From assembly GCF_009914755.1 (NCBI RefSeq), contig NC_060941.1: 64,000 bases of DNA. One strand, given 5' to 3'. Below are positions 40,701 through 55,700 of the stretch, in pieces. Every line of letters starts with the position of its first letter. Position 1 is the stretch's first letter. The stretch comes from the human T2T-CHM13v2.0 reference genome, Homo sapiens. The notes below the pieces were generated by a model. That model was given only the letters and a program-made list of their open reading frames with translations, had not been told where the DNA came from and searched no databases. The position numbers and the translations under genes were made by a program.

Positions 40701-43700
40701 ACCGCTCTGAGGATTTCGTTGGAAACGGGATAACCCGCACAGAACTAAAACAGAAGCATTCTCAGAACCCTCTTCGTGATGTTTGCATTCAACTCACAGT
40801 GCTGAACCTTTCTTTGATAGTTCAGCTTTGAAACACTCTTTTTGTAGAAACTGCAAGTGGATATTTGGTCCTCTCTGAGCATTTCGTTGGAAACGGGATA
40901 AACTGCACAGAACTAAACAGAAGCATTCTCAGAACCTTCTTCGTGATGTCTGCATTCAACTCACAGTGTGGAACCTTTCTTTGATAGTTCAGGTTTGAAA
41001 CACTCTTTTTGTAGAAACTGCAAGGGGATCATTGCACTCTTTGAGGAGTACCGTAGTAAAGGAAATAACTTCCTATAAAAAGAAGACAGAAGCTTTCTCA
41101 GAAAATTCTTTGGGATGATTGAGTTGAACTCACAGAGCTGAGCATTCCTTGCGATGTAGCAGTTTAGAAACACACTTTCTGCAGAATCTGCAAGTGCATA
41201 TTTGGACCTCTGTGAGGAATTCGTTGGAAACGGGATAATTTCAGCTGACTAAACAGAAGCAGTCTCAGAATCTTCTTTGTGATGTTTGCATTCAAATCCC
41301 CGAGTTGAACTTTCCTTTCAAAGTTCACGTTTGAAACACTCTTTTTGCAGGATCTACAAGTGGATATTTGGACCACTCTGTGTCCTTCGTTCGAAACGGG
41401 TATATCTTCACATGACATCTAGACAGAAGCATCCTCAGAAGCTTCTCTGTGATGACTGCATTCAACTCACGGAGTTGAACACTCCTTTTGAGAGCGCAGT
41501 TTTGAAACTCTCTTTCTGTGGCATCTGCAAGGGGACATGTAGACCTCTTTGAAGATTTCGTTGGAAACGGAATCATCTTCACATAAAAACTACACAGATG
41601 CATTCTCAGGAACTTTTTGGTGATGTTTGTATTCAACTCCCAGAGTTGAACTTTCCTTTGGAAAGAGCAGCTATGAAACACTGTTTTTCTAGAATCTGCA
41701 AGTGGACGTTTGGAGGGCTTTGTGGTTTGTGGTGGAAAAGGAAATATCTTCACCTAAATACTAGATAGAAGCATTCTCAGAAACTGCTTTGTGATGATTG
41801 CATTCACCTCACAGAGTTGAACATTCCTATTGATAGAGCAGTTTGGAAACACTCTTGTTGTGGAATGTGCAAGTGGAGATTTGGAGCGCTTTGAGGCCTA
41901 TGGTAGTAAAGGGAATAGCTTCATAGAAAAACTAGACAGAAGCATTCTCAGAAAATACTTTGTGATGATTGAGTTTAACTCACAGAGCTGAACATTCCTT
42001 TGGATGGAGCAGGTTTGAGACACACTTTTTGTAGAATCTACAAGTGGATATTTGGACCTCTCTGAGGATTTCGTTGGAAACGGGATAACTGCACCTAACT
42101 AAACGGAAGCATTCTCAGAAACTTCTTGGTGATGTTTGCATTCAAATCCCAGAGTTGAACCTTCCTTTGATAGTTCAGGTTTGAAACACTCTTTTTGTAG
42201 GATCTGCAAGTGGATATTTGGACCACTCTGTGGCCTTCGTTCGAAACGGGTATATCTTCGCATAAAATCTAGACAGAAGCCTTCTCAGAAACTTCTCTGT
42301 GATGATTGCATTCAACTCACAGAGTTGAACCCTCCTATGGATAGAGCAGTGTTGAAACTCTCTTTTTGTGGAATCTGCAAGTGGATATGTGGACCTCTCC
42401 GAAGATGTCTTTGGAAACGGGAATATCTTCACATAAAAACTAAACAGAAGCATTCTCAGAAACTTCTCTGTGATGTTTGTGTTCAACTCCCAGAGTTTCA
42501 CATTGCTTTTCATAGAGTAGTTCTGAAACATGCTTTTCGTAGTGTCTACAAGTGGACATTTGGAGCGCTTTCAGGCCTGTGGTGGAAAACGAATTATGGT
42601 CACATAAAAACTGGAGAGAAGCATTGTCAGAAACTTCTTTGTGATGATTGCATTCAACTCACAGAGTTGAAGGTTCCTTTTCAAAGAGCAGTTTCCAATC
42701 ACTCTTTGTGTGGAATCTGCAAGTGGATATTTGGACCTATTTTGAAGATTTCGTTGGAAACGGGAGAATCTTCACAGGAAAGCTAAACAGAAGCATTCTC
42801 AGAAACTTCTTTGTGATGCTTGCATTCAACTCACAGAGTTGAACTTTCCTTTCGAGAGAGAAGCTTTGAAACACTCTTTTTCCAGAATCTGCAAGTGGAC
42901 ATTTGGAGGGCTTTGAGGCCTGTGGTGGAAAAGGAATTATCTTCCCGTAAAAGCTAGATAGAAGCATTCTCAGAAACTACTTTGTGATGATTGCATTCAA
43001 GTCACAGAGTTGAACATTCCCTTTGACAGAGCAGTTTGGAAACTCTCTTTGTGTAGAATCTGCAAGTGGAGATATGGACCGCTTTGAGGCCTATGGTAGT
43101 AAAGGAAATAGCTTCATATAAAAGCTAGACAGTAGCATTCACAGAAAACTCTTGGTGACGACTGAGTTTAACTCACAGAGCTGAACATTCCTTTGGATGG
43201 AGCAGTTTCGAAACACACTATTTGTAGAATGTGCAAGTGGATATTTAGGCCTCTCTGAGGATTTCGTTGGAAACGGGATAAACCGCACAGAACTAAACAG
43301 AAGCATTCTCAGAACCTTCTTCGTGATGTTTGCATTCAACTCACAGTGTTGAACCTTTCTTTGATAGTTCAGGTTTGAAACGGTCTTTCTGTAGAAACTG
43401 CAAGTAGATATTTGGACCGCTCTGAGGATTTCGTTGGAAACGGGATAACCCGCACAGAACTAAAACAGAAGCATTCTCAGAACCCTCTTCGTGATGTTTG
43501 CATTCAACTCACAGTGCTGAACCTTTCTTTGATAGTTCAGCTTTGAAACACTCTTTTTGTAGAAACTGCAAGTGGATATTTGGTCCTCTCTGAGCATTTC
43601 GTTGGAAACGGGATAAACTGCACAGAACTAAACAGAAGCATTCTCAGAACCTTCTTCGTGATGTCTGCATTCAACTCACAGTGTGGAACCTTTCTTTGAT

Positions 43701-46700
43701 AGTTCAGGTTTGAAACACTCTTTTTGTAGAAACTGCAAGGGGATCATTGCACTCTTTGAGGAGTACCGTAGTAAAGGAAATAACTTCCTATAAAAAGAAG
43801 ACAGAAGCTTTCTCAGAAAATTCTTTGGGATGATTGAGTTGAACTCACAGAGCTGAGCATTCCTTGCGATGTAGCAGTTTAGAAACACACTTTCTGCAGA
43901 ATCTGCAAGTGCATATTTGGACCTCTGTGAGGAATTCGTTGGAAACGGGATAATTTCAGCTGACTAAACAGAAGCAGTCTCAGAATCTTCTTTGTGATGT
44001 TTGCATTCAAATCCCCGAGTTGAACTTTCCTTTCAAAGTTCACGTTTGAAACACTCTTTTTGCAGGATCTACAAGTGGATATTTGGACCACTCTGTGTCC
44101 TTCGTTCGAAACGGGTATATCTTCACATGACATCTAGACAGAAGCATCCTCAGAAGCTTCTCTGTGATGACTGCATTCAACTCACGGAGTTGAACACTCC
44201 TTTTGAGAGCGCAGTTTTGAAACTCTCTTTCTGTGGCATCTGCAAGGGGACATGTAGACCTCTTTGAAGATTTCGTTGGAAACGGAATCATCTTCACATA
44301 AAAACTACACAGATGCATTCTCAGGAACTTTTTGGTGATGTTTGTATTCAACTCCCAGAGTTGAACTTTCCTTTGGAAAGAGCAGCTATGAAACACTCTT
44401 TTTCTAGAATCTGCAAGTGGACGTTTGGAGGGCTTTGTGGTTTGTGGTGGAAAAGGAAATATCTTCACCTAAATACTAGATAGAAGCATTCTCAGAAACT
44501 GCTTTGTGATGATTGCATTCACCTCACAGAGTTGAACATTCCTATTGATAGAGCAGTTTGGAAACACTCTTGTTGTGGAATGTGCAAGTGGAGATTTGGA
44601 GCGCTTTGAGGCCTATGGTAGTAAAGGGAATAGCTTCATAGAAAAACTAGACAGAAGCATTCTCAGAAAATACTTTGTGATGATTGAGTTTAACTCACAG
44701 AGCTGAACATTCCTTTGGATGGAGCAGGTTTGAGACACACTTTTTGTAGAATCTACAAGTGGATATTTGGACCTCTCTGAGGATTTCGTTGGAAACGGGA
44801 TAACTGCACCTAACTAAACGGAAGCATTCTCAGAAACTTCTTGGTGATGTTTGCATTCAAATCCCAGAGTTGAACCTTCCTTTGATAGTTCAGGTTTGAA
44901 ACACTCTTTTTGTAGGATCTGCAAGTGGATATTTGGACCACTCTGTGGCCTTCGTTCGAAACGGGTATATCTTCGCATAAAATCTAGACAGAAGCCTTCT
45001 CAGAAACTTCTCTGTGATGATTGCATTCAACTCACAGAGTTGAACCCTCCTATGGATAGAGCAGTGTTGAAACTCTCTTTTTGTGGAATCTGCAAGTGGA
45101 TATGTGGACCTCTCCGAAGATGTCTTTGGAAACGGGAATATCTTCACATAAAAACTAAACAGAAGCATTCTCAGAAACTTCTCTGTGATGTTTGTGTTCA
45201 ACTCCCAGAGTTTCACATTGCTTTTCACAGAGTAGTTCTGAAACATGCTTTTCGTAGTGTCTACAAGTGGACATTTGGAGCGCTTTCAGGCCTGTGGTGG
45301 AAAACGAATTATGGTCACATAAAAACTGGAGAGAAGCATTGTCAGAAACTTCTTTGTGATGATTGCATTCAACTCACAGGGTTGAAGGTTCCTTTTCAAA
45401 GAGCAGTTTCCAATCACTCTTTGTGTGGAATCTGCAAGTGGATATTTGGACCTATTTTGAAGATTTCGTTGGAAACGGGAGAATCTTCACAGGAAAGCTA
45501 AACAGAAGCATTCTCAGAAACTTCTTTGTGATGCTTGCATTCAACTCACAGAGTTGAACTTTCCTTTCGAGAGAGAAGCTTTGAAACACTCTTTTTCCAG
45601 AATCTGCAAGTGGACATTTGGAGGGCTTTGAGGCCTGTGGTGGAAAAGGAATTATCTTCCCGTAAAAGCTAGATAGAAGCATTCTCAGAAACTACTTTGT
45701 GATGATTGCATTCAAGTCACAGAGTTGAACATTCCCTTTGACAGAGCAGTTTGGAAACTCTCTTTGTGTAGAATCTGCAAGTGGAGATATGGACCGCTTT
45801 GAGGCCTATGGTAGTAAAGGAAATAGCTTCATATAAAAGCTAGACAGTAGCATTCACAGAAAACTCTTGGTGACGACTGAGTTTAACTCACAGAGCTGAA
45901 CATTCCTTTGGATGGAGCAGTTTCGAAACACACTATTTGTAGAATGTGCAAGTGGATATTTAGGCCTCTCTGAGGATTTCGTTGGAAACGGGATAAACCG
46001 CACAGAACTAAACAGAAGCATTCTCAGAACCTTCTTCGTGATGTTTGCATTCAACTCACAGTGTTGAACCTTTCTTTGATAGTTCAGGTTTGAAACGGTC
46101 TTTCTGTAGAAACTGCAAGTAGATATTTGGACCGCTCTGAGGATTTCGTTGGAAACGGGATAACCCGCACAGAACTAAAACAGAAGCATTCTCAGAACCC
46201 TCTTCGTGATGTTTGCATTCAACTCACAGTGCTGAACCTTTCTTTGATAGTTCAGCTTTGAAACACTCTTTTTGTAGAAACTGCAAGTGGATATTTGGTC
46301 CTCTCTGAGCATTTCGTTGGAAACGGGATAAACTGCACAGAACTAAACAGAAGCATTCTCAGAACCTTCTTCGTGATGTCTGCATTCAACTCACAGTGTG
46401 GAACCTTTCTTTGATAGTTCAGGTTTGAAACACTCTTTTTGTAGAAACTGCAAGGGGATCATTGCACTCTTTGAGGAGTACCGTAGTAAAGGAAATAACT
46501 TCCTATAAAAAGAAGACAGAAGCTTTCTCAGAAAATTCTTTGGGATGATTGAGTTGAACTCACAGAGCTGAGCATTCCTTGCGATGTAGCAGTTTAGAAA
46601 CACACTTTCTGCAGAATCTGCAAGTGCATATTTGGACCTCTGTGAGGAATTCGTTGGAAACGGGATAATTTCAGCTGACTAAACAGAAGCAGTCTCAGAA

Positions 46701-49700
46701 TCTTCTTTGTGATGTTTGCATTCAAATCCCCGAGTTGAACTTTCCTTTCAAAGTTCACGTTTGAAACACTCTTTTTGCAGGATCTACAAGTGGATATTTG
46801 GACCACTCTGTGTCCTTCGTTCGAAACGGGTATATCTTCACATGACATCTAGACAGAAGCATCCTCAGAAGCTTCTCTGTGATGACTGCATTCAACTCAC
46901 GGAGTTGAACACTCCTTTTGAGAGCGCAGTTTTGAAACTCTCTTTCTGTGGCATCTGCAAGGGGACATGTAGACCTCTTTGAAGATTTCGTTGGAAACGG
47001 AATCATCTTCACATAAAAACTACACAGATGCATTCTCAGGAACTTTTTGGTGATGTTTGTATTCAACTCCCAGAGTTGAACTTTCCTTTGGAAAGAGCAG
47101 CTATGAAACACTCTTTTTCTAGAATCTGCAAGTGGACGTTTGGAGGGCTTTGTGGTTTGTGGTGGAAAAGGAAATATCTTCACCTAAATACTAGATAGAA
47201 GCATTCTCAGAAACTGCTTTGTGATGATTGCATTCACCTCACAGAGTTGAACATTCCTATTGATAGAGCAGTTTGGAAACACTCTTGTTGTGGAATGTGC
47301 AAGTGGAGATTTGGAGCGCTTTGAGGCCTATGGTAGTAAAGGGAATAGCTTCATAGAAAAACTAGACAGAAGCATTCTCAGAAAATACTTTGTGATGATT
47401 GAGTTTAACTCACAGAGCTGAACATTCCTTTGGATGGAGCAGGTTTGAGACACACTTTTTGTAGAATCTACAAGTGGATATTTGGACCTCTCTGAGGATT
47501 TCGTTGGAAACGGGATAACTGCACCTAACTAAACGGAAGCATTCTCAGAAACTTCTTGGTGATGTTTGCATTCAAATCCCAGAGTTGAACCTTCCTTTGA
47601 TAGTTCAGGTTTGAAACACTCTTTTTGTAGGATCTGCAAGTGGATATTTGGACCACTCTGTGGCCTTCGTTCGAAACGGGTATATCTTCGCATAAAATCT
47701 AGACAGAAGCCTTCTCAGAAACTTCTCTGTGATGATTGCATTCAACTCACAGAGTTGAACCCTCCTATGGATAGAGCAGTGTTGAAACTCTCTTTTTGTG
47801 GAATCTGCAAGTGGATATGTGGACCTCTCCGAAGATGTCTTTGGAAACGGGAATATCTTCACATAAAAACTAAACAGAAGCATTCTCAGAAACTTCTCTG
47901 TGATGTTTGTGTTCAACTCCCAGAGTTTCACATTGCTTTTCATAGAGTAGTTCTGAAACATGCTTTTCGTAGTGTCTACAAGTGGACATTTGGAGCGCTT
48001 TCAGGCCTGTGGTGGAAAACGAATTATGGTCACATAAAAACTGGAGAGAAGCATTGTCAGAAACTTCTTTGTGATGATTGCATTCAACTCACAGGGTTGA
48101 AGGTTCCTTTTCAAAGAGCAGTTTCCAATCACTCTTTGTGTGGAATCTGCAAGTGGATATTTGGACCTATTTTGAAGATTTCGTTGGAAACGGGAGAATC
48201 TTCACAGGAAAGATAAACAGAAGCATTCTCAGAAACTTCTTTGTGATGCTTGCATTCAACTCACAGAGTTGAACTTTCCTTTCGAGAGAGAAGCTTTGAA
48301 ACACTCTTTTTCCAGAATCTGCAAGTGGACATTTGGAGGGCTTTGAGGCCTGTGGTGGAAAAGGAATTATCTTCCCGTAAAAGCTAGATAGAAGCATTCT
48401 CAGAAACTACTTTGTGATGATTGCATTCAAGTCACAGAGTTGAACATTCCCTTTGACAGAGCAGTTTGGAAACTCTCTTTGTGTAGAATCTGCAAGTGGA
48501 GATATGGACCGCTTTGAGGCCTATGGTAGTAAAGGAAATAGCTTCATATAAAAGCTAGACAGTAGCATTCACAGAAAACTCTTGGTGACGACTGAGTTTA
48601 ACTCACAGAGCTGAACATTCCTTTGGATGGAGCAGTTTCGAAACACACTATTTGTAGAATGTGCAAGTGGATATTTAGGCCTCTCTGAGGATTTCGTTGG
48701 AAACGGGATAAACCGCACAGAACTAAACAGAAGCATTCTCAGAACCTTCTTCGTGATGTTTGCATTCAACTCACAGTGTTGAACCTTTCTTTGATAGTTC
48801 AGGTTTGAAACGGTCTTTCTGTAGAAACTGCAAGTAGATATTTGGACCGCTCTGAGGATTTCGTTGGAAACGGGATAACCCGCACAGAACTAAAACAGAA
48901 GCATTCTCAGAACCCTCTTCGTGATGTTTGCATTCAACTCACAGTGCTGAACCTTTCTTTGATAGTTCAGCTTTGAAACACTCTTTTTGTAGAAACTGCA
49001 AGTGGATATTTGGTCCTCTCTGAGCATTTCGTTGGAAACGGGATAAACTGCACAGAACTAAACAGAAGCATTCTCAGAACCTTCTTCGTGATGTCTGCAT
49101 TCAACTCACAGTGTGGAACCTTTCTTTGATAGTTCAGGTTTGAAACACTCTTTTTGTAGAAACTGCAAGGGGATCATTGCACTCTTTGAGGAGTACCGTA
49201 GTAAAGGAAATAACTTCCTATAAAAAGAAGACAGAAGCTTTCTCAGAAAATTCTTTGGGATGATTGAGTTGAACTCACAGAGCTGAGCATTCCTTGCGAT
49301 GTAGCAGTTTAGAAACACACTTTCTGCAGAATCTGCAAGTGCATATTTGGACCTCTGTGAGGAATTCGTTGGAAACGGGATAATTTCAGCTGACTAAACA
49401 GAAGCAGTCTCAGAATCTTCTTTGTGATGTTTGCATTCAAATCCCCGAGTTGAACTTTCCTTTCAAAGTTCACGTTTGAAACACTCTTTTTGCAGGATCT
49501 ACAAGTGGATATTTGGACCACTCTGTGTCCTTCGTTCGAAACGGGTATATCTTCACATGACATCTAGACAGAAGCATCCTCAGAAGCTTCTCTGTGATGA
49601 CTGCATTCAACTCACGGAGTTGAACACTCCTTTTGAGAGCGCAGTTTTGAAACTCTCTTTCTGTGGCATCTGCAAGGGGACATGTAGACCTCTTTGAAGA

Positions 49701-52700
49701 TTTCGTTGGAAACGGAATCATCTTCACATAAAAACTACACAGATGCATTCTCAGGAACTTTTTGGTGATGTTTGTATTCAACTCCCAGAGTTGAACTTTC
49801 CTTTGGAAAGAGCAGCTATGAAACACTCTTTTTCTAGAATCTGCAAGTGGACGTTTGGAGGGCTTTGTGGTTTGTGGTGGAAAAGGAAATATCTTCACCT
49901 AAATACTAGATAGAAGCATTCTCAGAAACTGCTTTGTGATGATTGCATTCACCTCACAGAGTTGAACATTCCTATTGATAGAGCAGTTTGGAAACACTCT
50001 TGTTGTGGAATGTGCAAGTGGAGATTTGGAGCGCTTTGAGGCCTATGGTAGTAAAGGGAATAGCTTCATAGAAAAACTAGACAGAAGCATTCTCAGAAAA
50101 TACTTTGTGATGATTGAGTTTAACTCACAGAGCTGAACATTCCTTTGGATGGAGCAGGTTTGAGACACACTTTTTGTAGAATCTACAAGTGGATATTTGG
50201 ACCTCTCTGAGGATTTCGTTGGAAACGGGATAACTGCACCTAACTAAACGGAAGCATTCTCAGAAACTTCTTGGTGATGTTTGCATTCAAATCCCAGAGT
50301 TGAACCTTCCTTTGATAGTTCAGGTTTGAAACACTCTTTTTGTAGGATCTGCAAGTGGATATTTGGACCACTCTGTGGCCTTCGTTCGAAACGGGTATAT
50401 CTTCGCATAAAATCTAGACAGAAGCCTTCTCAGAAACTTCTCTGTGATGATTGCATTCAACTCACAGAGTTGAACCCTCCTATGGATAGAGCAGTGTTGA
50501 AACTCTCTTTTTGTGGAATCTGCAAGTGGATATGTGGACCTCTCCGAAGATGTCTTTGGAAACGGGAATATCTTCACATAAAAACTAAACAGAAGCATTC
50601 TCAGAAACTTCTCTGTGATGTTTGTGTTCAACTCCCAGAGTTTCACATTGCTTTTCATAGAGTAGTTCTGAAACATGCTTTTCGTAGTGTCTACAAGTGG
50701 ACATTTGGAGCGCTTTCAGGCCTGTGGTGGAAAACGAATTATGGTCACATAAAAACTGGAGAGAAGCATTGTCAGAAACTTCTTTGTGATGATTGCATTC
50801 AACTCACAGAGTTGAAGGTTCCTTTTCAAAGAGCAGTTTCCAATCACTCTTTGTGTGGAATCTGCAAGTGGATATTTGGACCTATTTTGAAGATTTCGTT
50901 GGAAACGGGAGAATCTTCACAGGAAAGCTAAACAGAAGCATTCTCAGAAACTTCTTTGTGATGCTTGCATTCAACTCACAGAGTTGAACTTTCCTTTCGA
51001 GAGAGAAGCTTTGAAACACTCTTTTTCCAGAATCTGCAAGTGGACATTTGGAGGGCTTTGAGGCCTGTGGTGGAAAAGGAATTATCTTCCCGTAAAAGCT
51101 AGATAGAAGCATTCTCAGAAACTACTTTGTGATGATTGCATTCAAGTCACAGAGTTGAACATTCCCTTTGACAGAGCAGTTTGGAAACTCTCTTTGTGTA
51201 GAATCTGCAAGTGGAGATATGGACCGCTTTGAGGCCTATGGTAGTAAAGGAAATAGCTTCATATAAAAGCTAGACAGTAGCATTCACAGAAAACTCTTGG
51301 TGACGACTGAGTTTAACTCACAGAGCTGAACATTCCTTTGGATGGAGCAGTTTCGAAACACACTATTTGTAGAATGTGCAAGTGGATATTTAGGCCTCTC
51401 TGAGGATTTCGTTGGAAACGGGATAAACCGCACAGAACTAAACAGAAGCATTCTCAGAACCTTCTTCGTGATGTTTGCATTCAACTCACAGTGTTGAACC
51501 TTTCTTTGATAGTTCAGGTTTGAAACGGTCTTTCTGTAGAAACTGCAAGTAGATATTTGGACCTCTCTGAGGATTTCGTTGGAAACGGGATAACCCGCAC
51601 AGAACTAAAACAGAAGCATTCTCAGAACCCTCTTCGTGATGTTTGCATTCAACTCACAGTGCTGAACCTTTCTTTGATAGTTCAGCTTTGAAACACTCTT
51701 TTTGTAGAAACTGCAAGTGGATATTTGGTCCTCTCTGAGGATTTCGTTGGAAACGGGATAAACTGCACAGAACTAAACAGAAGCATTCTCAGAACCTTCT
51801 TCGTGATGTCTGCATTCAACTCACAGTGTGGAACCTTTCTTTGATAGTTCAGGTTTGAAACACTCTTTTTGTAGAAACTGCAAGGGGATCATTGCACTCT
51901 TTGAGGAGTACCGTAGTAAAGGAAATAACTTCCTATAAAAAGAAGACAGAAGCTTTCTCAGAAAATTCTTTGGGATGATTGAGTTGAACTCACAGAGCTG
52001 AGCATTCCTTGCGATGTAGCAGTTTAGAAACACACTTTCTGCAGAATCTGCAAGTGCATATTTGGACCTCTGTGAGGAATTCGTTGGAAACGGGATAATT
52101 TCAGCTGACTAAACAGAAGCAGTCTCAGAATCTTCTTTGTGATGTTTGCATTCAAATCCCCGAGTTGAACTTTCCTTTCAAAGTTCACGTTTGAAACACT
52201 CTTTTTGCAGGATCTACAAGTGGATATTTGGACCACTCTGTGTCCTTCGTTCGAAACGGGTATATCTTCACATGACATCTAGACAGAAGCATCCTCAGAA
52301 GCTTCTCTGTGATGACTGCATTCAACTCACGGAGTTGAACACTCCTTTTGAGAGCGCAGTTTTGAAACTCTCTTTCTGTGGCATCTGCAAGGGGACATGT
52401 AGACCTCTTTGAAGATTTCGTTGGAAACGGAATCATCTTCACATAAAAACTATACAGATGCATTCTCAGGAACTTTTTGGTGATGTTTGTATTCAACTCC
52501 CAGAGTTGAACTTTCCTTTGGAAAGAGCAGCTATGAAACACTCTTTTTCTAGAATCTGCAAGTGGACGTTTGGAGGGCTTTGTGGTTTGTGGTGGAAAAG
52601 GAAATATCTTCACCTAAATACTAGATAGAAGCATTCTCAGAAACTGCTTTGTGATGATTGCATTCACCTCACAGAGTTGAACATTCCTATTGATAGAGCA

Positions 52701-55700
52701 GTTTGGAAACACTCTTGTTGTGGAATGTGCAAGTGGAGATTTGGAGCGCTTTGAGGCCTATGGTAGTAAAGGGAATAGCTTCATAGAAAAACTAGACAGA
52801 AGCATTCTCAGAAAATACTTTGTGATGATTGAGTTTAACTCACAGAGCTGAACATTCCTTTGGATGGAGCAGGTTTGAGACACACTTTTTGTAGAATCTA
52901 CAAGTGGATATTTGGACCTCTCTGAGGATTTCGTTGGAAACGGGATAACTGCACCTAACTAAACGGAAGCATTCTCAGAAACTTCTTGGTGATGTTTGCA
53001 TTCAAATCCCAGAGTTGAACCTTCCTTTGATAGTTCAGGTTTGAAACACTCTTTTTGTAGGATCTGCAAGTGGATATTTGGACCACTCTGTGGCCTTCGT
53101 TCGAAACGGGTATATCTTCGCATAAAATCTAGACAGAAGCCTTCTCAGAAACTTCTCTGTGATGATTGCATTCAACTCACAGAGTTGAACCCTCCTATGG
53201 ATAGAGCAGTGTTGAAACTCTCTTTTTGTGGAATCTGCAAGTGGATATGTGGACCTCTCCGAAGATGTCTTTGGAAACGGGAATATCTTCACATAAAAAC
53301 TAAACAGAAGCATTCTCAGAAACTTCTCTGTGATGTTTGTGTTCAACTCCCAGAGTTTCACATTGCTTTTCATAGAGTAGTTCTGAAACATGCTTTTCGT
53401 AGTGTCTACAAGTGGACATTTGGAGCGCTTTCAGGCCTGTGGTGGAAAACGAATTATGGTCACATAAAAACTGGAGAGAAGCATTGTCAGAAACTTCTTT
53501 GTGATGATTGCATTCAACTCACAGAGTTGAAGGTTCCTTTTCAAAGAGCAGTTTCCAATCACTCTTTGTGTGGAATCTGCAAGTGGATATTTGGACCTAT
53601 TTTGAAGATTTCGTTGGAAACGGGAGAATCTTCACAGGAAAGCTAAACAGAAGCATTCTCAGAAACTTCTTTGTGATGCTTGCATTCAACTCACAGAGTT
53701 GAACTTTCCTTTCGAGAGAGAAGCTTTGAAACACTCTTTTTCCAGAATCTGCAAGTGGACATTTGGAGGGCTTTGAGGCCTGTGGTGGAAAAGGAATTAT
53801 CTTCCCGTAAAAGCTAGATAGAAGCATTCTCAGAAACTACTTTGTGATGATTGCATTCAAGTCACAGAGTTGAACATTCCCTTTGACAGAGCAGTTTGGA
53901 AACTCTCTTTGTGTAGAATCTGCAAGTGGAGATATGGACCGCTTTGAGGCCTATGGTAGTAAAGGAAATAGCTTCATATAAAAGCTAGACAGTAGCATTC
54001 ACAGAAAACTCTTGGTGACGACTGAGTTTAACTCACAGAGCTGAACATTCCTTTGGATGGAGCAGTTTCGAAACACACTATTTGTAGAATGTGCAAGTGG
54101 ATATTTAGGCCTCTCTGAGGATTTCGTTGGAAACGGGATAAACCGCACAGAACTAAACAGAAGCATTCTCAGAACCTTCTTCGTGATGTTTGCATTCAAC
54201 TCACAGTGTTGAACCTTTCTTTGATAGTTCAGGTTTGAAACGGTCTTTCTGTAGAAACTGCAAGTAGATATTTGGACCGCTCTGAGGATTTCGTTGGAAA
54301 CGGGATAACCCGCACAGAACTAAAACAGAAGCATTCTCAGAACCCTCTTCGTGATGTTTGCATTCAACTCACAGTGCTGAACCTTTCTTTGATAGTTCAG
54401 CTTTGAAACACTCTTTTTGTAGAAACTGCAAGTGGATATTTGGTCCTCTCTGAGCATTTCGTTGGAAACGGGATAAACTGCACAGAACTAAACAGAAGCA
54501 TTCTCAGAACCTTCTTCGTGATGTCTGCATTCAACTCACAGTGTGGAACCTTTCTTTGATAGTTCAGGTTTGAAACACTCTTTTTGTAGAAACTGCAAGG
54601 GGATAATTGCACTCTTTGAGGAGTACCGTAGTAAAGGAAATAACTTCCTATAAAAAGAAGACAGAAGCTTTCTCAGAAAATTCTTTGGGATGATTGAGTT
54701 GAACTCACAGAGCTGAGCATTCCTTGCGATGTAGCAGTTTAGAAACACACTTTCTGCAGAATCTGCAAGTGCATATTTGGACCTCTGTGAGGAATTCGTT
54801 GGAAACGGGATAATTTCAGCTGACTAAACAGAAGCAGTCTCAGAATCTTCTTTGTGATGTTTGCATTCAAATCCCCGAGTTGAACTTTCCTTTCAAAGTT
54901 CACGTTTGAAACACTCTTTTTGCAGGATCTACAAGTGGATATTTGGACCACTCTGTGTCCTTCGTTCGAAACGGGTATATCTTCACATGACATCTAGACA
55001 GAAGCATCCTCAGAAGCTTCTCTGTGATGACTGCATTCAACTCACGGAGTTGAACACTCCTTTTGAGAGCGCAGTTTTGAAACTCTCTTTCTGTGGCATC
55101 TGCAAGGGGACATGTAGACCTCTTTGAAGATTTCGTTGGAAACGGAATCATCTTCACATAAAAACTATACAGATGCATTCTCAGGAACTTTTTGGTGATG
55201 TTTGTATTCAACTCCCAGAGTTGAACTTTCCTTTGGAAAGAGCAGCTATGAAACACTCTTTTTCTAGAATCTGCAAGTGGACGTTTGGAGGGCTTTGTGG
55301 TTTGTGGTGGAAAAGGAAATATCTTCACCTAAATACTAGATAGAAGCATTCTCAGAAACTGCTTTGTGATGATTGCATTCACCTCACAGAGTTGAACATT
55401 CCTATTGATAGAGCAGTTTGGAAACACTCTTGTTGTGGAATGTGCAAGTGGAGATTTGGAGCGCTTTGAGGCCTATGGTAGTAAAGGGAATAGCTTCATA
55501 GAAAAACTAGACAGAAGCATTCTCAGAAAATACTTTGTGATGATTGAGTTTAACTCACAGAGCTGAACATTCCTTTGGATGGAGCAGGTTTGAGACACAC
55601 TTTTTGTAGAATCTACAAGTGGATATTTGGACCTCTCTGAGGATTTCGTTGGAAACGGGATAACTGCACCTAACTAAACGGAAGCATTCTCAGAAACTTC

